A stretch of 64,000 bases of DNA, taken from the NCBI GenBank assembly GCA_964016885.1, contig OZ024745.1, positions 123,690,001 through 123,754,000 of the forward strand, read 5' to 3'. Positions 1 to 14,139 of this stretch are shown piece by piece. The notes under the pieces are model-generated. The model worked only from the letters and a program-made list of their open reading frames with translations. It was not told where the DNA came from and ran no database searches. Origin of the DNA: Eledone cirrhosa. Its lineage: Eukaryota. The position numbers and the translations under genes were made by a program. The stretch's first letter is position 1, and the number at the start of each line of letters is the position of its first letter.

Positions 1-258
1 TCATCATCATCATCATGCGTCTGCTTTTCCCTGCTTGCAAGGGTGGGACGGGTCCTATTAAGCACGGCATCTCTCTGTTCGCCACGGTCCTTTGTCATCT
101 CCTCCATGAGCTTCAGCAATCTGATGTCTGCTCTCACCACCTCCGCCCATGTTTTTTGTGGTCTTCCTCGGCTGCGTCTTCCTTCTACTGGCATTTCTTG
201 GCACTTCTTTACCCAGAGGTCATCCTCCATGCACATCACATACCCATACCAATGCAGT
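1..258 (-). mobile_element. RTE-clade LINE 3' end fragment with (GAT)n tail
   Basis: Minus strand reads LHWYGYVMCMEDDLWVKKCQEMPVEGRRSRGRPQKTW, the RTE C-terminal W.GH...GRP.KTW motif, and ends in (GAT)n at the window start. Confidence 0.75.
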
Positions 259-966
259 ACATTCTAAAAGTGTTTGGCATTAGGAAGCACATCCAGCTAT
301 AGTATCCACCCTAAAAATGGCACATATGAGTAAGATGTGGCTGCACAACTCATCTAGTTTGTGATTACGATAACCCGATCAAACCATGCTAGCATGGAAA
401 ACAAACATAAAATGACGATGTTAGTTGGAAATTAGGTTGTTTATTTATTTGACTAATATGCTAAAAGAATTCAAAAGTAATGTGGTATTTTGTTTCTGTT
501 TCTACACTGCAATGTACACTACTGTTAGTATAAACTCTCCTATAAGAACACATACATTTCAAAATGTTACTTGCATTTTAATAAAGGAAATAACAATTGT
601 ATTCCAGCTGCAACTATCCAGTTATTATATCATTTAATATTTTTGCATTATATATAATTTAATATAACATTAAAATCATTTATTTCATTTACAAATGCTA
701 TAAAAACATTTCGTTTCTTTTTATATTTTATATAAAAATATTTCCTATTATATTGGTTTATTGATATGCCTTTGAATTATTTTATAGTATTTTTGTATAT
801 AAATATACATGTTCTTGTAACTCTGTATATATACAGACTAACTTATACAGCAAGGTACTTCAGCATTTGACCATCAAAGATTTGGCTTTACATTTTACTT
901 CCTTGGTTGTATCAATAAAATAGAATATAGCTGAAGAGAAATATTTACATGTAATTATTATTACTA

Positions 967-1450
967 TTGGATTGGCAGAGCATCAGACACCATGCTTTGG
1001 CTCTTTATGTTCTGAGTTCAAATCCCGCTGAGGTTAACTTTCTCTTCTGTCCTTACGGGGGTCAAGAACATAAAGTACCAGTAATGTACTGGGATAATTG
1101 TTGGCCTTGTGCCAAAAGTAGAAACAATTATTGTTACAGCGTCGGATACCATGTTTTGTGATATAGAGTTACGTCCGTTTGGGTTCTAAGTTCAAATCCC
1201 ACCTAGTCATTAAAATAAAGTACCATTACTGCTCTTGGGTCGATGTAATCGACTTTCCCTTCTCTCCAAATTGTTGGACTTCTGCCTACTTCAAAAATGA
1301 TCGGTGGATTCACAGTGTCGGTCGAGCATCAGACACCATGCTTTGCAGCATAGAGTTATGGCTCTTTATGTTCTGAGTTCAAATCCCGCTGAGGTTAACT
1401 TTGCCTTTCATCCTTACAGGGTCGATAAAATAAAGCAGCAGTAATGCATT
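967..1450 (+). mobile_element. Cluster of about 3 tRNA-derived SINE copies (family B)
   Basis: Repeated B-box-like gagttcaaatcc and central gcctttcatccttacggggtcgataaaataaagtaccag domain shared with more than 15 other copies in the window. Confidence 0.75.
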
Positions 1451-1924
1451 GGACATATTTTGGTCACTGGACATATTTTGTTCATTTGTTGAATAGGATG
1501 ACTTAAAGCTTCTTTATATTGAATGCTCAGAGTGTAGAGAATGCGTAGTAGCGAAATAAATATAATAAAGCAAAATGTGATTTTTAAAAAAAAGATCATT
1601 ATAACAAATTGGCTTACCTGAGGTATTTTTCTTGACTCATTTTATTTTTCTTTATTTACTAAGCTAATGTTGGGCTGTAGCTTTGATTGCAAGTGTTCAT
1701 AAGTTGCTGTTTTTGTTTTTGCTATAGATAGTGCAAGGCAATCAGGCACAGCACTAGAGCTGTAGGAAGATTTGAATTAATTACCGTATTCCTTTCAATC
1801 ATAGAATTTTGCTGTTTGTATCCAGTTTGGAATACATACACTGTATCCCTGCCTCTCATAAGAGGTAATTAAAACTGCTGGCACCAGATGAGCCTAGGCT
1901 ATCAGTTCATGAATATTGCTTTAC

Positions 1925-2141
1925 CCCTTTAGCATTTACATTACTCTATATTTGCTATTGTATTTTCACAGTAAAGGCTTTATGTTACATAATTATCTCA
2001 CATAATATCGAATCTATGAGACTTTGATGTTATTTATTTTGAAAACAACACCTTAACGTATGAGCGGCCAGTTACAGCCAGTTTGAACAGAAAGAGGTGA
2101 GAGAATTCTGGCCGGATATGGCCGGTTTAAATGCTAAAGTG
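1925..2141 (+). mobile_element. piggyBac-type MITE
   Basis: ccctttagcattta...taaatgctaaag(t)g terminal inverted repeats, interior shared with other copies, TTAC on both flanks. Confidence 0.8.
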
Positions 2142-5100
2142 TTACACATCTGAGACCTGCAATGGCAAGGAAAATAGCCTTAAAACTCTTGCTATTGCTT
2201 TTATTTATAGGATTGTAGCAATAGTAGAGCAGCACTTTTGAATTTTTTTTAGTCAATTATATTGATCCCAAGTACTTAGCCATTTGATATTTAGCAATCA
2301 ATAAAACTAAATATCAGATTATGTTCACCCATTGAGTTGCACCTTCTTTTTAGAAAGTTGCCACTCTAACGGGAGTAAATGTCACTAGGAATTCAGACCA
2401 CTATACACAATAAGAGTTCAAAATCTTATCGTCAATGTCAGGTTGTCTCTTAACTTGCAAAACACCACGATTTTCAATTTAAATTGGAAAAATTACTTTA
2501 TAAAAATACATTTATTTATTTATCATCATCATCATCATCATCATTATTACTATTATTATTATTATTATTATTTTTTTATTTTTTGTAGTAGTGCAAATTG
2601 TCCATCAGTTAATAGAAAACTTTAATATTAACATACAAACAGCGTATTTGATGGATGTACTGTTGGAAATTAGTGATGCCTTGAGTGTAAAGATATAACC
2701 ATCATTTTGCAATGGATGTTTAAATTAGGAAATTTTATTGATTTCTCTTTTAATAAAGCCAGCCAATACAAAATGTTTGTATTAGTTTTGTTTTTGTAGA
2801 ATTTTTAGTAGAGTATTTTGTAATTCTCTGTTTTATATGAACATTATTCTATATATTTAGCAAAATGTTTTCTGCTTTCAAATGCATGCACAGGAAATTA
2901 TAAATTTAGTAGCATGATCAGAACCCAATGACAAATCATTTTATAATCCATAATTTCAAATAGTTCTTGTTAGAAGCCTTTCATGAATTTATTGCGATGT
3001 TTAATGTTCACAGTTTCATTGATTAATACTGTATATAATTCATTCTGATAGGACAACAGATGTAAAACCTTGATTTCTCTAAATAGGCTTGTTTCAAGCT
3101 GTGTTCAAGAGAAGCATTTTCCCCCACCCCTACAATTTTTTTAGTGATGAAGGAATTATTAATTTAAAATTAGACTTTGCGTGTTCAAATATATGCTTTT
3201 GATGCCAAGTATCAAAGGCTAGAATATTTTAATTTACTTGGATTTTATTTAATAGAAACAGCCTAAGCATTTTACAGTTTGTATTACTATGATATAAAAA
3301 TATCTTAAATTTCTACCAGATTATACATCTGAAAGATTTGTATTTCTTCATATTCATAACTTACACTGAAAAGTTACAAAATCCAAACCTTGTATCACAA
3401 TATTTCTATTATGAGACAGCACAACCCCACTACCTTATTTCTTTTCACATCTTTCTCTTTTTGGGTTAATCTTGTGTGTGTGTTTTTTTTGATAAGATTA
3501 AAAAAACACACATAGATATTTCAAAGTGTCATTTGAAACTTTTATGCCTGTGATCCTGGCTCAAAATTTTCCAGCCATTAAATTGACTATATGAATTTTT
3601 ATTACCAGATAATCCACTTGAGTTTTATTTATAGACTTGATATGAAGCAACATTTGTTATTTATTTTTTAATCAAGGGATTAGTTTAGTTATAAATTATG
3701 GTGATTGTTTTGTGTGTGCTTCTTTTCCTCACCCTAACTTGTGTTAATCTTCAAAATGAAAATGTGTGTAAAAAGGTTTGTAATGTTCACTATTATTTTT
3801 TTTAGAATTCATGTGATTTATGAAATAAAATTCTATAATTATATTATGCAAATTTGGTTTTTGGTGATTCTCAAGGAATACAGTGTTCCCATATATTATA
3901 GAGTATGTTCTGTTTATATCATCATCATCATCATCACTATGTCCATTTTTCCATGATTAGACACAATCTCTCCAGCCCAATATCTTTTCACTTGGTTCTT
4001 AGCTTTATCATCTCCTATATGAGGTTTAGATTAGCTTTCACCAACTCTGCCTACATCTTTCTGGTCAGCATCTTCTGCAGCTTCCTTCCTCTGCAGACAT
4101 ATATATAGGAAAAGAGAATTTTTTTCTTTGTAGCATGAGATATGTGGTCTAATATGACTTGTTCCATTTAAGCCTTCTGGAATATGAAGTTCTGTAATCT
4201 CGTCCCCCTTAATAATAAATTGCTTCACACCTCCAGCATCTAAAAAAATAGAGCAAGTGAAAAATCCTATTACAACTTTATGAGAGATGATTTAGAAATA
4301 CTGTTAACAATTTTCTTGTCAACAATTTGGAAATCCTCATCTCTGATGACTGGAAATTGTATTAACTTTGGCAGTTGGAAGATGTATTATGCAAGCGATT
4401 TTTATTTAACATATATTTATGATATAACGACAAAAAAAAATCTATATATAAAAAGGAGAGAATTGAGTAGGGAGAACTCTAACACTAGGATTGACTCGGC
4501 TGTTAAGATGTTGAAAGTATTGCTATGCAGAATAGCCAATGATACTTGCTGAATCAGCCATTTCTCCTTGTAGAGTTCCTTCCTCAGGTATGTTGCTCTT
4601 ATCCTATTTGGTGAAGAAAATAGGCATTTCAGGGACGAAGGAAGCCAGAGGTCTAATTGGTAACCAGCACAGAAAAGAATTGGTCTATCTGTGCTCGATA
4701 TTTGATATTGACTATTGTATATAGGTCATTTGGCTTTTAATATCTCTCTTCTGTTACTTTTGATCTGCTGTGAAACTGATCTTGTTTTATTTATTATTTT
4801 GCTTCTGTCTACTTAAATATTTAAGCTGCTCACCACTAGATCAGATAAAAAAGCAAATGCCGGAAACACTGTTAACCTAGGTTTAAAAATCGACAATTGT
4901 TCTCGCTTTTCATGTCATAGAAACTACAATTTAGACCTCAAGTACCATTTTATTTGTCATTTTTTTGTGTTTAAGCATCACCATCTTTCTTTGTCTCAAG
5001 CAATTGATGGCCTAATTGAAAGCTTTCCAATAACTCTTTAATTCTACTCTGCTGTTTTCTGTATGTACAGTGTTAGTATAGACATTTTTAACCAACTCCA

Positions 5101-6514
5101 AGCAGCTATTTAATCTGTAATCTTTGTTATTTGCCTTCAACTTGTCTGTTCTGAACAATATTTGATTTTCATATTTACATTTTCAGGGCATATTTACTCC
5201 CATGTCTACAGTATATATATTTAGCAACATACTAGCTTTAAGAATTGAGGAACTCAGTTCAATTCAGCTTAGTTCCTTTAATCATCATTTTTTATTTCAA
5301 TCATCATCATCGTCATCAATATGGCAAGAGTTAGAGGCATTGTTCTAGACCAAATAGTGGCTGTTGTCTTCCCACATGGGCTGGAGTCCATGTCTCATAT
5401 ATGTTCCAATTTTGGCATAGTTTCTGTAGCTGTATGCACTACTTATCACTAATATTTTACTGAGTGTAATGGGTGCAGTTTTATATAACTCTAGCACTAA
5501 TTACTGAAAGTTAGTTTAACTGAAAATATTTTTAATGAATTTCATTGTATTTCAAATAATTATAATTTTATGAAAAAATTTTGAAGGATTTACTCAAATT
5601 ATTATTTTTTTTTTTTACTAATACATACTTATGGTTCTTATATAAAATTATATGTGGGATAATTATAATCTAGATAGAAACCGTCTAAACCCATGCTAGC
5701 ATGGAAGATAGATGATAAAAATTTATGATGATGATAGAAACTCTTTAGATTTTGGTACTTCTGTTTCATAGAACTAGAGGTGGTTTTGGGCTGGGTTGGT
5801 ATCAAATGGCTTAGTCTACCCCAGGTTCTGCAAAACATCATCATCATCACCACCGTTTAATATCTATTTTCCAAGCTAGCATGGGCTAGATGGATTGTCC
5901 CATTTGGGGCAAGGCAGATCAAATGACCATGTCTTGCTTATACAGAACTCTTTCTGGATTGGTTTCTATGGCTGGATTCCTTTCCTAACACCAACCACAA
6001 TTGGAGTGTGTGCTGGATGCTGTTTGTCATGACACCTTCACCACAACTTTACAGTGTGTGACTGAAGCTGTATATTTTGTAGTATATACATTTATCCAGA
6101 ATATTTCATAATGTTATGTAAGTCATGTTTTAAGTACCATCTTAATAATGAGAAAGTTAATTATTTTACTAAATTATTTCAAATTTTTTATTATTTTCAA
6201 AATGATTTGAGATTTACAGGCTGTGTCTTTTATTAGAAATATTGTAATGAAAGTGTTAAACGAAGAATGAAGACATAACATATCTTTTCATGTGAAGTAA
6301 ATATGACGTGGATATATTGGTAGTGCATTCCGAATTATATAAAAATCATTACTTCGAAATTGTTTGGTCATAATATAGAAATTATTTCTTTGAAATCTGT
6401 TTACTAGTTTCAGTTGTTTGACTTAGGCCATGATTGATCACCTGCTTCAAGAATTTTTATGCTTTTCATTTGAACTCTATACTTTAGTACTCCTCTTCTC
6501 AACTGTAGAGGAGG

Positions 6515-6760
6515 TCTTAGTTGTAGGTTCTTTTGCGCGTTTTGGTGCATTGAACAGTAAGTATTTGCTAATGGTCATGATCAGTGGCGGCTTTTCTACG
6601 TCTGTGTTAACTGATGTTGGCTGTCATCAGGTCTTTTTGGAACATTTGTTGCCAGGTGATCCTGGGGCAACCCCGCTTCCATTTGCTATTTCTTAGCGTT
6701 GCTCATTGGGCAAGCACAGAATATGGCCAGCCAGATGGCACTGGTGCTCCATGACCACCC
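6515..6760 (-). mobile_element. Degenerate RTE-like LINE 3' fragment
   Basis: Minus strand HLAGHILCLP, then after a frameshift KRGCPRITWQQMFQKDL; contains stops. Confidence 0.5.
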
Positions 6761-7559
6761 TCTGCAGCATCCATGACTCGGCTCTCGGCAGATTTTCCTC
6801 GTTTCACACTTGGTCATGCCAGGGCGCATGAAGGATCCTTTACAGGCACTGCTGGTAGAATGCGTTTAGCCATCTCTCTATCTTTGCCGTGCTCTTCCAG
6901 GTTTCACTCATGTAAAGCACTGTCGACAGCACGATGCTCATGTACAGGTGTTACTTGATCCTGTAGAGGATGACAAAACAATGAATTTGACTGAATGTTG
7001 AGGGCGATAATTGTCAGAGAAAAATTCAAGCTTTCTAAGCCACTATAATGTATCTCATAGTTGTGAATATTTTCAAAATTAAATTTTAATAAGTGTCATT
7101 GTATAGGCATAATATCAGTTTATATGTTGCAGCAGTGAAAAGCCGACAGTGTTTCTTCAAGTGGGTACATAGGACTTATGAATCTTTTGAGCAAACACAT
7201 CTATTGTTGTACCCACAATAAGAACGGCTGATTTATCAGTATCCAGGTGGTTTATTTTATACATAAACCAACTACCAACCTGCTGTGGCCAAAGAAATGC
7301 CTTATTTCATATCACATATGACACATCTGTTTATGTGAAGTACCTTAATATACTCAAATATAAGCTGAGGAATATGCGACCAAAAATTCGATGGTGGTTG
7401 GCTTATAATTTGGGGTCAATAATTTGAGTATTTTCCCCAATTTCAAATTCTATGTAAATAAGGTTCTAAAATATCTATCAATCTATCTAGGGTGGGTAAA
7501 ATTCCCGAGACCCATGGATGAGTTCTCTCCAGTGGTCTCTATCCTTCATTGTCACTATG

Positions 7560-7815
7560 ACCTGCATCTCCCAGAGAACCGTGTCTGTCCTTAGGGCATC
7601 AACATATGTCATCCTTGGTTACCTCCTTCCAGTGTGTCCGTGTAGGGGCTCCCACAGGATCACTGAGTGCAGTGTTAATTCTGAATGTCGGTGAGCATGT
7701 CCAGCTAACCTCAGTCTCCTCTGTGTCACTTTAGGGAGGCTCCCGTACAGCTCTGAGTTCTTCATCCTCAGTGTATACTGATTAATATTCAGAGCCATCC
7801 TCAATATTCTTGCTC
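7560..7815 (-). mobile_element. Degenerate RTE-like LINE C-terminal fragment
   Basis: LRMALNI...NSELYGSLPKVTQRRLRLAGHAHRHSELTLHSVILWEP resembles an RTE ORF C-terminus. Confidence 0.6.
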
Positions 7816-7916
7816 CGTGTCCAAGTCTCTGACCCGTATAGCAGGACAGACTCAACTGTAGCGACGAAGAGTGTTTTTTCTACATTTCCTATATGGTAAG
7901 AGGTTTTTATTTATGA

Positions 7917-8356
7917 AGGTGCATGGCTTAATGGTTAGAGCATTGGGCTTGCAATCGAAAGGTTGTGAGTTCAATTCTCGGACCGGGTGATGTGTTGTTT
8001 CTTTGAGCAAGACACTTTACTTCACATTGCTCCAGTTTACTCAGCTGTAGAAATGAGATGATAGGACTGGGGTCCCTGTCATTCCACTGCAAAGTGGTCG
8101 TGGCGGTGCCTCGGCAAAAAAGCACCCAGCCCACACTGTAAAGTGGACGTGTAGGTGCCACGTAAAAAAAAAGCACCCAGCACTCACTGGAAATGAGGTT
8201 GGTGTTAAGAAGGGCATCCAGCTGTAGAAATGAAGCCAGAATCAGTTCCCGTATGAGCAAGACAAGGTCAGCCGACCGGACACTGCCCACAACAGAACAA
8301 CCCGTCTAACCGATGCTAGCGTGGAAGAATGGACGTAAAACGGTGATGAGGATGAT
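7917..8356 (+). mobile_element. tRNA-derived SINE (family A) with RTE-like tail
   Basis: A-box tggcttaatgg and B-box-like gagttcaattc head; 3' part aagggcatccagctgtagaaa...gatgctagcgtggaag...ggacgtaaaacg(gat)n shared with the RTE LINE 3' ends. Confidence 0.75.
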
Positions 8357-8529
8357 GCCCTGAGAATATTCCAGCAAATTTTATTATTGAATTTTTTACT
8401 AAGTAGATATCCCTACACATAAACACATACATGTACCCACATGTTTATATAAAGATGTGTGCCAACTATTTTTCTCTATCTCTTATGTGATTGTACTTTC
8501 TTTTTTAATCGTTTTGTTTTATTTTGCTT

Positions 8530-8875
8530 GCTCTCTCTCCTCTCACTCTGCCCCTCCCCTCTCTATATCTATCTCTATCTCCCTCACTCTCCCTTCTCTT
8601 TCTCTGCCTCTCCCCTCTCTCTCTCTGCCTCTCCCCTATCTCTCTCTGCCCCTCCCTCTCTCCCTCTCCCTTCTCTTGCTCTGTCCCTCCCTCTCCCTCC
8701 CTCCCTCCCTCCCTCCCTCCCTCCCTCCCTCCCTCTCTTGCTCTGTCCCTCCCTCCCTCCCTCCCCCTCTCTTTCTCTCCCACTCCCTTATCTTGCTCTC
8801 CCTCTCTTCTACCTCCTATCTCTTGCTCTCCCTTCTGTTGCTGCCCCCTCTCTCACTCACTTCCCTCCCCTTCTC
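8530..8875. repeat. Polypyrimidine/polypurine (CT, CCCT) low-complexity tract
   Basis: About 345 nt almost entirely C/T on the + strand. Confidence 0.9.
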
Positions 8876-10599
8876 TGAATCCTTTTACAGTGTTCTCTTT
8901 GTTGATCCTTATTCTGAAAGTAAGCAAAAATTTTAGAAACTTGAAACTTTATAAAACAGATGAAATGTTAAAAATGTCTTTACTTAGAGGATTTGTGAAA
9001 CTTCGTAAATATTGTCTCTACTCATGAGAATGTCTAAATAATGCCATAATGTGTTGATTAGCTGCCTCAGCTGATAAACAAGGTTTTGATTTTTGTCCAT
9101 TTCTCAGGCATAAAACAGGAGAATGGTTGGTTTATATTCGTGTATAAACTGTATGTCTGTATTTGCATTAATTTTTTCCAATTTTGTTGAACCAAATCAG
9201 AAAAAAAACGACCCAGCGAAACGTATGAGCTGATCAAGTGATAGCATGCATATTAAACTGAGAGAGAGTGGACAGGAAAATATTACAGTCACAGTAGTGA
9301 TTTTGAAAATGAAAATTACTCTGAACCAAGTAATAATGGTGCTTGTGCATATATCTGTGCAGTTAGATGATGATGTAGAAGGCAACTTAAAAAAATGTAT
9401 CAACAGAAAGCAAGTTCAGATTCTGCAAAATGTTGAGAGACACAGTAATTGAATGTTGCTATGGTCTGAGTTTATGAAATGATACTTTAACTATCAGATT
9501 TTATTTTCATTCAAAATATGAAAATTGAATTACTGAAGACTTTTGTTTATCCTTTTTTTTTATTTTTTTAATACAAAACTCAATATAGAAATCAAGTTTT
9601 TAAATTCTGAATATTTTTACTTGTAATGCTACAATATTTACTGATAACAGTTTCAAACTTTAAATAGTATGTTAAACAAGAAATGCCCGAAATGCTATCA
9701 AATAAACCCTTCCATAACTGTTGGATTATTTGAAACATTATTACTATCATCGTTATTATATTTTTTTTAGCCATAATCTTTCTAACTTTTGGAATGAATA
9801 GATTGTGGCAACAAAAAGCAGAGGAGCGAGGATTATAATTTTGCTATCCATTCAAGCAAAATTAAATCTAAGTTACTTAAGGAAAATATGTTTATGAAAA
9901 AGAAGGGACTAATAAATTGATATTTTTTTTTTTTTTTAGATTAAGATAAAAGTAAAGAAAAAAAATGAGGAAAAAAATAGACACAATTTTAATGCGAGTA
10001 ATAGGATGAGAAGAAAATTGATAGCCAGATAAAAATTGACTTAAGAAATGCAATTACTTTTTCGTAACTGAGTCCACTGGAAAGTATTCCCTTGTGCTGT
10101 TCTTACTAGTACTGTCAATATATGTGTGTCTATGAGCCAGCAAGGGAATCTTTGTAGCAAGGACAGTAAACCCTTTTAATACCAGATGCAAATTGCAAGT
10201 GTAAAAGAATGTGCAGATGTGCATAGCTTCTGCAAAAAAAATGGATCTTTAATTTTACAAATTTTGAAGTATAAAATTTATATTAAATTACTCTAGGTCA
10301 AAGTTAAACCCTTTCATTACCATATGTCTAATGAAATACATAAAAAAAAAAAAAATTCTGAATTTGGAGGTATTGAATAATATAACACACATCCTCATTA
10401 TCAAGCTAGTATTTGGAGTGTAATGTAATGGAGATTCTGAGATGAAATTACAATTAAAGGTTTATATATAAATATAAACATTTTAAAACAGTTTTGTATC
10501 ATAGAACTAGGGGCAATTACAGATGGTTTGGCATCAAAAGGGTTAAACCATGTTTTGATTTTCTTCTTTGGTCATGAATCTTGATTAATGACCGATCAT

Positions 10600-10990
10600 G
10601 AACTCAAGCTGTCAAAATGAGGTTCTTCCGAAGGGTCTTGGTAGTAATGTTACTTGATAGAGTGCATAGTTCAGAGATCAGAGAGTCACTCCAGGTTGAG
10701 GCGCTTCTCTGAATTGAGAGATCACAGCTCTGATATTATGGGTATGTAGTTAGAATGTCTCAGGAAAGAATGGCTGGACAGATTTTACAGGCAAAAACAA
10801 AAGGCAGGAGACCCAAGGGTAGACCCTGGACAAGATGCTTGGATAACATCCATGAGCTTCGCTGCTCTCGCTTAGGAATCCAGCTGGATCTGTTGGAGAT
10901 GGGTTGATTCTGACAGGACCCACTACAAGGAGTGTTTGAGGACTCTGCCCCATGACCCTCTCAGGAATAAATGGTCGAAGAAGAAGAAAG
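10600..10990 (+). mobile_element. RTE LINE family B 3' fragment
   Basis: Near-collinear with 32850-33230 (gagatcagagagtcactccaggt...agacccaagggtagaccct); (GAA)n tail. Confidence 0.8.
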
Positions 10991-11937
10991 TTTTTATAGA
11001 TGTCGTCAGTGGGCAGTATAGAATTTGAGTGTGAGCAAAGGGGTTGTTTTGACCTGGCAGGAATAGTGTTGAAATCACCCACAAAAAAAAAAAAATCCTC
11101 CATGATTTTCTGTTAGAACGTTTTTGTTCCAAACACCAGCTTATTAATAAGAATTGTTAGTTATATTAGTCGTAAATCCCACCAAATTCTGAATTAGTTA
11201 AAAAAATATTTGAAAATCATAGACAATGGAGTCACTGAATTACAAAATGATAGGATGTTCATGACTGGAACATCTTTGATATCATATATCTGCCAAATCA
11301 GGACCGACCTGACTTAGCAATAATATCAACTATATATCCACCTATGCTGATATCACCATTCTGTTCTGTTTTCTTATTTTCTGACCAGATATGTACAACA
11401 TCGACGAATGGCTACTAGAATGGATACATGACTATTCATAGCTCAAAATATATATTGCACTAAAATATGGAAAGGCCTGGCAATGTTTAATTATACATTA
11501 TGGAAATTTCTTGCATTCAATATAATCAGTTCATAAGACAAAATATATGCTGAGTTTCCTCCCTTTAGGGTGAACCTTTCCTTAGTTTTAAACAGTTTCT
11601 AATCCTTTCATAATCAAAACAATCCATGTAATCATCCAATCATCCACATGCGTCTAATATTGCCTCAATTCAAATGTCATTTGCCTATGCACATTTTAGA
11701 CATACATACCGACCTCTGGCGTTATGCACTTTTACGGAAGACCTGCCCTCTATTGTTCTTGGGATGAGGCTTATAACTAGTAGGCAACACCTTCCTCAAC
11801 CTGCTATCCCATCTCATCCACCTCCCTTAGTGGTAACCATACCTCCCCTACTACCCTGTCCACATCTTTTCCCCCTTGGCCCTGCTAAATCTCCATGAGA
11901 ATTATGTTGGAGGTAGATATGACTTTGGAGTTATTAA

Positions 11938-12144
11938 CCCTTTAGTGTTCAAACCGGCCAAAACCGGCCAGAATTCTCTATCTTTTTCTGTTGAAACAGG
12001 TTGTAACTGGTCACTCAAACTGATGTTAAGGTATTGTTCTCAAAATAAATACTTTCAAAATCTCATAGATTCGATATTATGTGAGATAAAGCATTTACCA
12101 TGAAAATATAATATTATATATAGAGTAATGTGAATGCTAAAGGG
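11938..12144 (-). mobile_element. piggyBac-type MITE
   Basis: TTAA-ccctttag...ctaaaggg-TTAA; reverse orientation relative to the 1925 copy. Confidence 0.85.
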
Positions 12145-12896
12145 TTAAACAACTGGATCACACAACTGGAACACTCATCATTGAAATTGACAGTGGTCCA
12201 TTCCATTCTGTCATGTCATTTGTAATTATTTTGGAAATTAAAACACAAACGCAGAATGTCTTTTTTTTTAGAAACATGATTATCAAATGGTTTAAACTAG
12301 TGATGAAAGCTATTATATATCTATTTTTATCTTTATATACTCTTGTGTATTTTCACATTTCTTTATTGTACAATAATTAACAGTGTGTTATTGCTAAACA
12401 ACCCCATCACCACCATCATAGTTTAGTAGAGAACTTTCTTCTTGACTGTTTTTATTCTTGTGGTCATATGTCTTACTATGTGTGTTAATGTTATTGTTGT
12501 TGCTATTAATGTTTTCATTATACAGGAAGTTAGCATAGTGTTAAAATAATTATTCTTAAATTCTTCCCCCCACTGTTTATTCCATTAAAGTTTACCATTT
12601 TAATAACCATTTCAAATGGAAACTTTTACTTTTTTTAGGAATTTCGCATGAAACTTTCGTGAAGCTAACAAAGTAAGATGTATCCAATGACATAGAAGAG
12701 AAATATGTGATGATCCAAACATGTTTTTTTTTTTTCTTCTTTTCACTATTTCCTTGGTTATTTATTTATTTATTTATTTTTTTGCTTTTTGCTCTCCTTC
12801 ACTCTTCTGCTGAATTCTATTCTGTGTAGAAATTTGAATTGATAAGTTATTGTGCGTGTTCTCTGTAATGACAATTATTTCCTTTAATCTCTATAG

Positions 12897-13075
12897 GTTA
12901 TGGATGAAGCCGATCGTCTCCTGGAAGATAACTTTGGCGAGCAACTGGAAACCATCTTCAATGTTCTGCCAGAAAAACGACAGACACTATTGTTTAGCGC
13001 TACATTCACTGAGTCATTAGCAGGAGTTATTGAAATCTCTAAGAAAAAGCCATTTGTCTGGCATTCAGAGTCGAG
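12897..13075 (+). CDS. DDX49: Internal coding exon of a DEAD-box RNA helicase, DDX49/Dbp8-like (motifs II and III)
   Basis: Polypyrimidine tract and ctatag acceptor, 179-nt open frame VMDEADRLLEDNFGEQLETIFNVLPEKRQTLLFSATFTESLAGVIEISKKKPFVWHSES, donor AG|gtaag. DEADRLL, RQTLLFSAT and PFxW fit DDX49 better than DDX47. Confidence 0.88.
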
Positions 13076-13412
13076 GTAAGAAGACAAAAATTAACTCTCT
13101 AGCTGCTAATTTTTGGTTGTTTCTTTTTTACATTTCTCTTTATTTACTTTATTTACAGACCAATTGTTACAAACATTTCTGATTCTCTCTTAATGACATC
13201 AAATCAACAACCACACATAATTTTGCTCTGTTATTATACCTTATAATTTTTCACTAATTTAAATATTTGCAGCAGACATTACAAAAGTCTTCCATCTTTG
13301 ATTGACTTCTGTAACATGCGACCAAAACATTTTTCGTGTTCTTGATAATTTATTCAACAATATACACTTCCAGCCTAAACATGCAGTGTGTGATCTATCT
13401 TTGAAAGGGTGA

Positions 13413-13451
<39 letters not shown>

Positions 13452-14139
13452 AATTATGATAATAGTAGTAATTATAATAATTATATCATTTTTTTTGTTT
13501 ATTTGTAGCAGTAATAATAATATTAATAGCAATAATAGTAGCAATAGTAATAACAACAACACAATGTTCATCTTACTTTGAATGACATATTGTGCTTGGG
13601 GGCAGCATTTTTAAACACATGATTTGCTCTTTTTTATACTTTCAGCGTGACTTTCCAACTTACATAAGTTGAATGAAATATAGTGTTTTGGTTTCCTTTT
13701 TGTTTTCTCTTATTATCGAAAATAACAACTACAATGAAATGAGAATTTTGAAATCAAATCTTTACTTGAACAAGATATATTGCAACACTCTTTGATATGC
13801 TAACAAAGATAAACATGAAAGACATAAAAATATATAGGTCATATCAATAAAGTATTTTTTTTAATACCTTCTTTTCTTACTGCTATATGTTGAACAGAAT
13901 ATATCTATAGATTATGTCCAACCTTATATGTAACAGACTACTGTAAACACCGTGTTTATATATACAATATCTTCATGACAAATAAAAGAGGGATTTGCCA
14001 AACTAGTTTCAATTCTCAGTTGAGACATATTCAGCTACTGAGCAACCTCTTTAACCCTTTAGTGTTTTCATTACTCTATATTTACTATTTTATTTTCATG
14101 GTAAAATTATCTCACATAATATTATTTATTTTGAGAACA

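Noticed and set aside
7340-7440. pogo/Tigger-like MITE end (tacc..atatactc.a.tataagc; similar at about 51514-51555)
   Set aside because: Too degenerate and no matching second terminus found
7917-7990. tRNA genes at SINE heads (also about 44950-45031 and 59845-59917)
   Set aside because: A/B boxes are present, but there is no complete cloverleaf and the sequence continues into a repeated SINE body
8457-9027. Leu/Pro/Ser-rich ORFs
   Set aside because: Translation of the polypyrimidine tract
9200-9452. Purine-rich segment resembling an exon or acidic transposase N-terminus
   Set aside because: Stops follow the candidate acceptor in all frames and there is no recognisable motif; cannot be assigned
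12884-13087. Minus-strand 67-aa ORF
   Set aside because: Antisense shadow of the helicase exon
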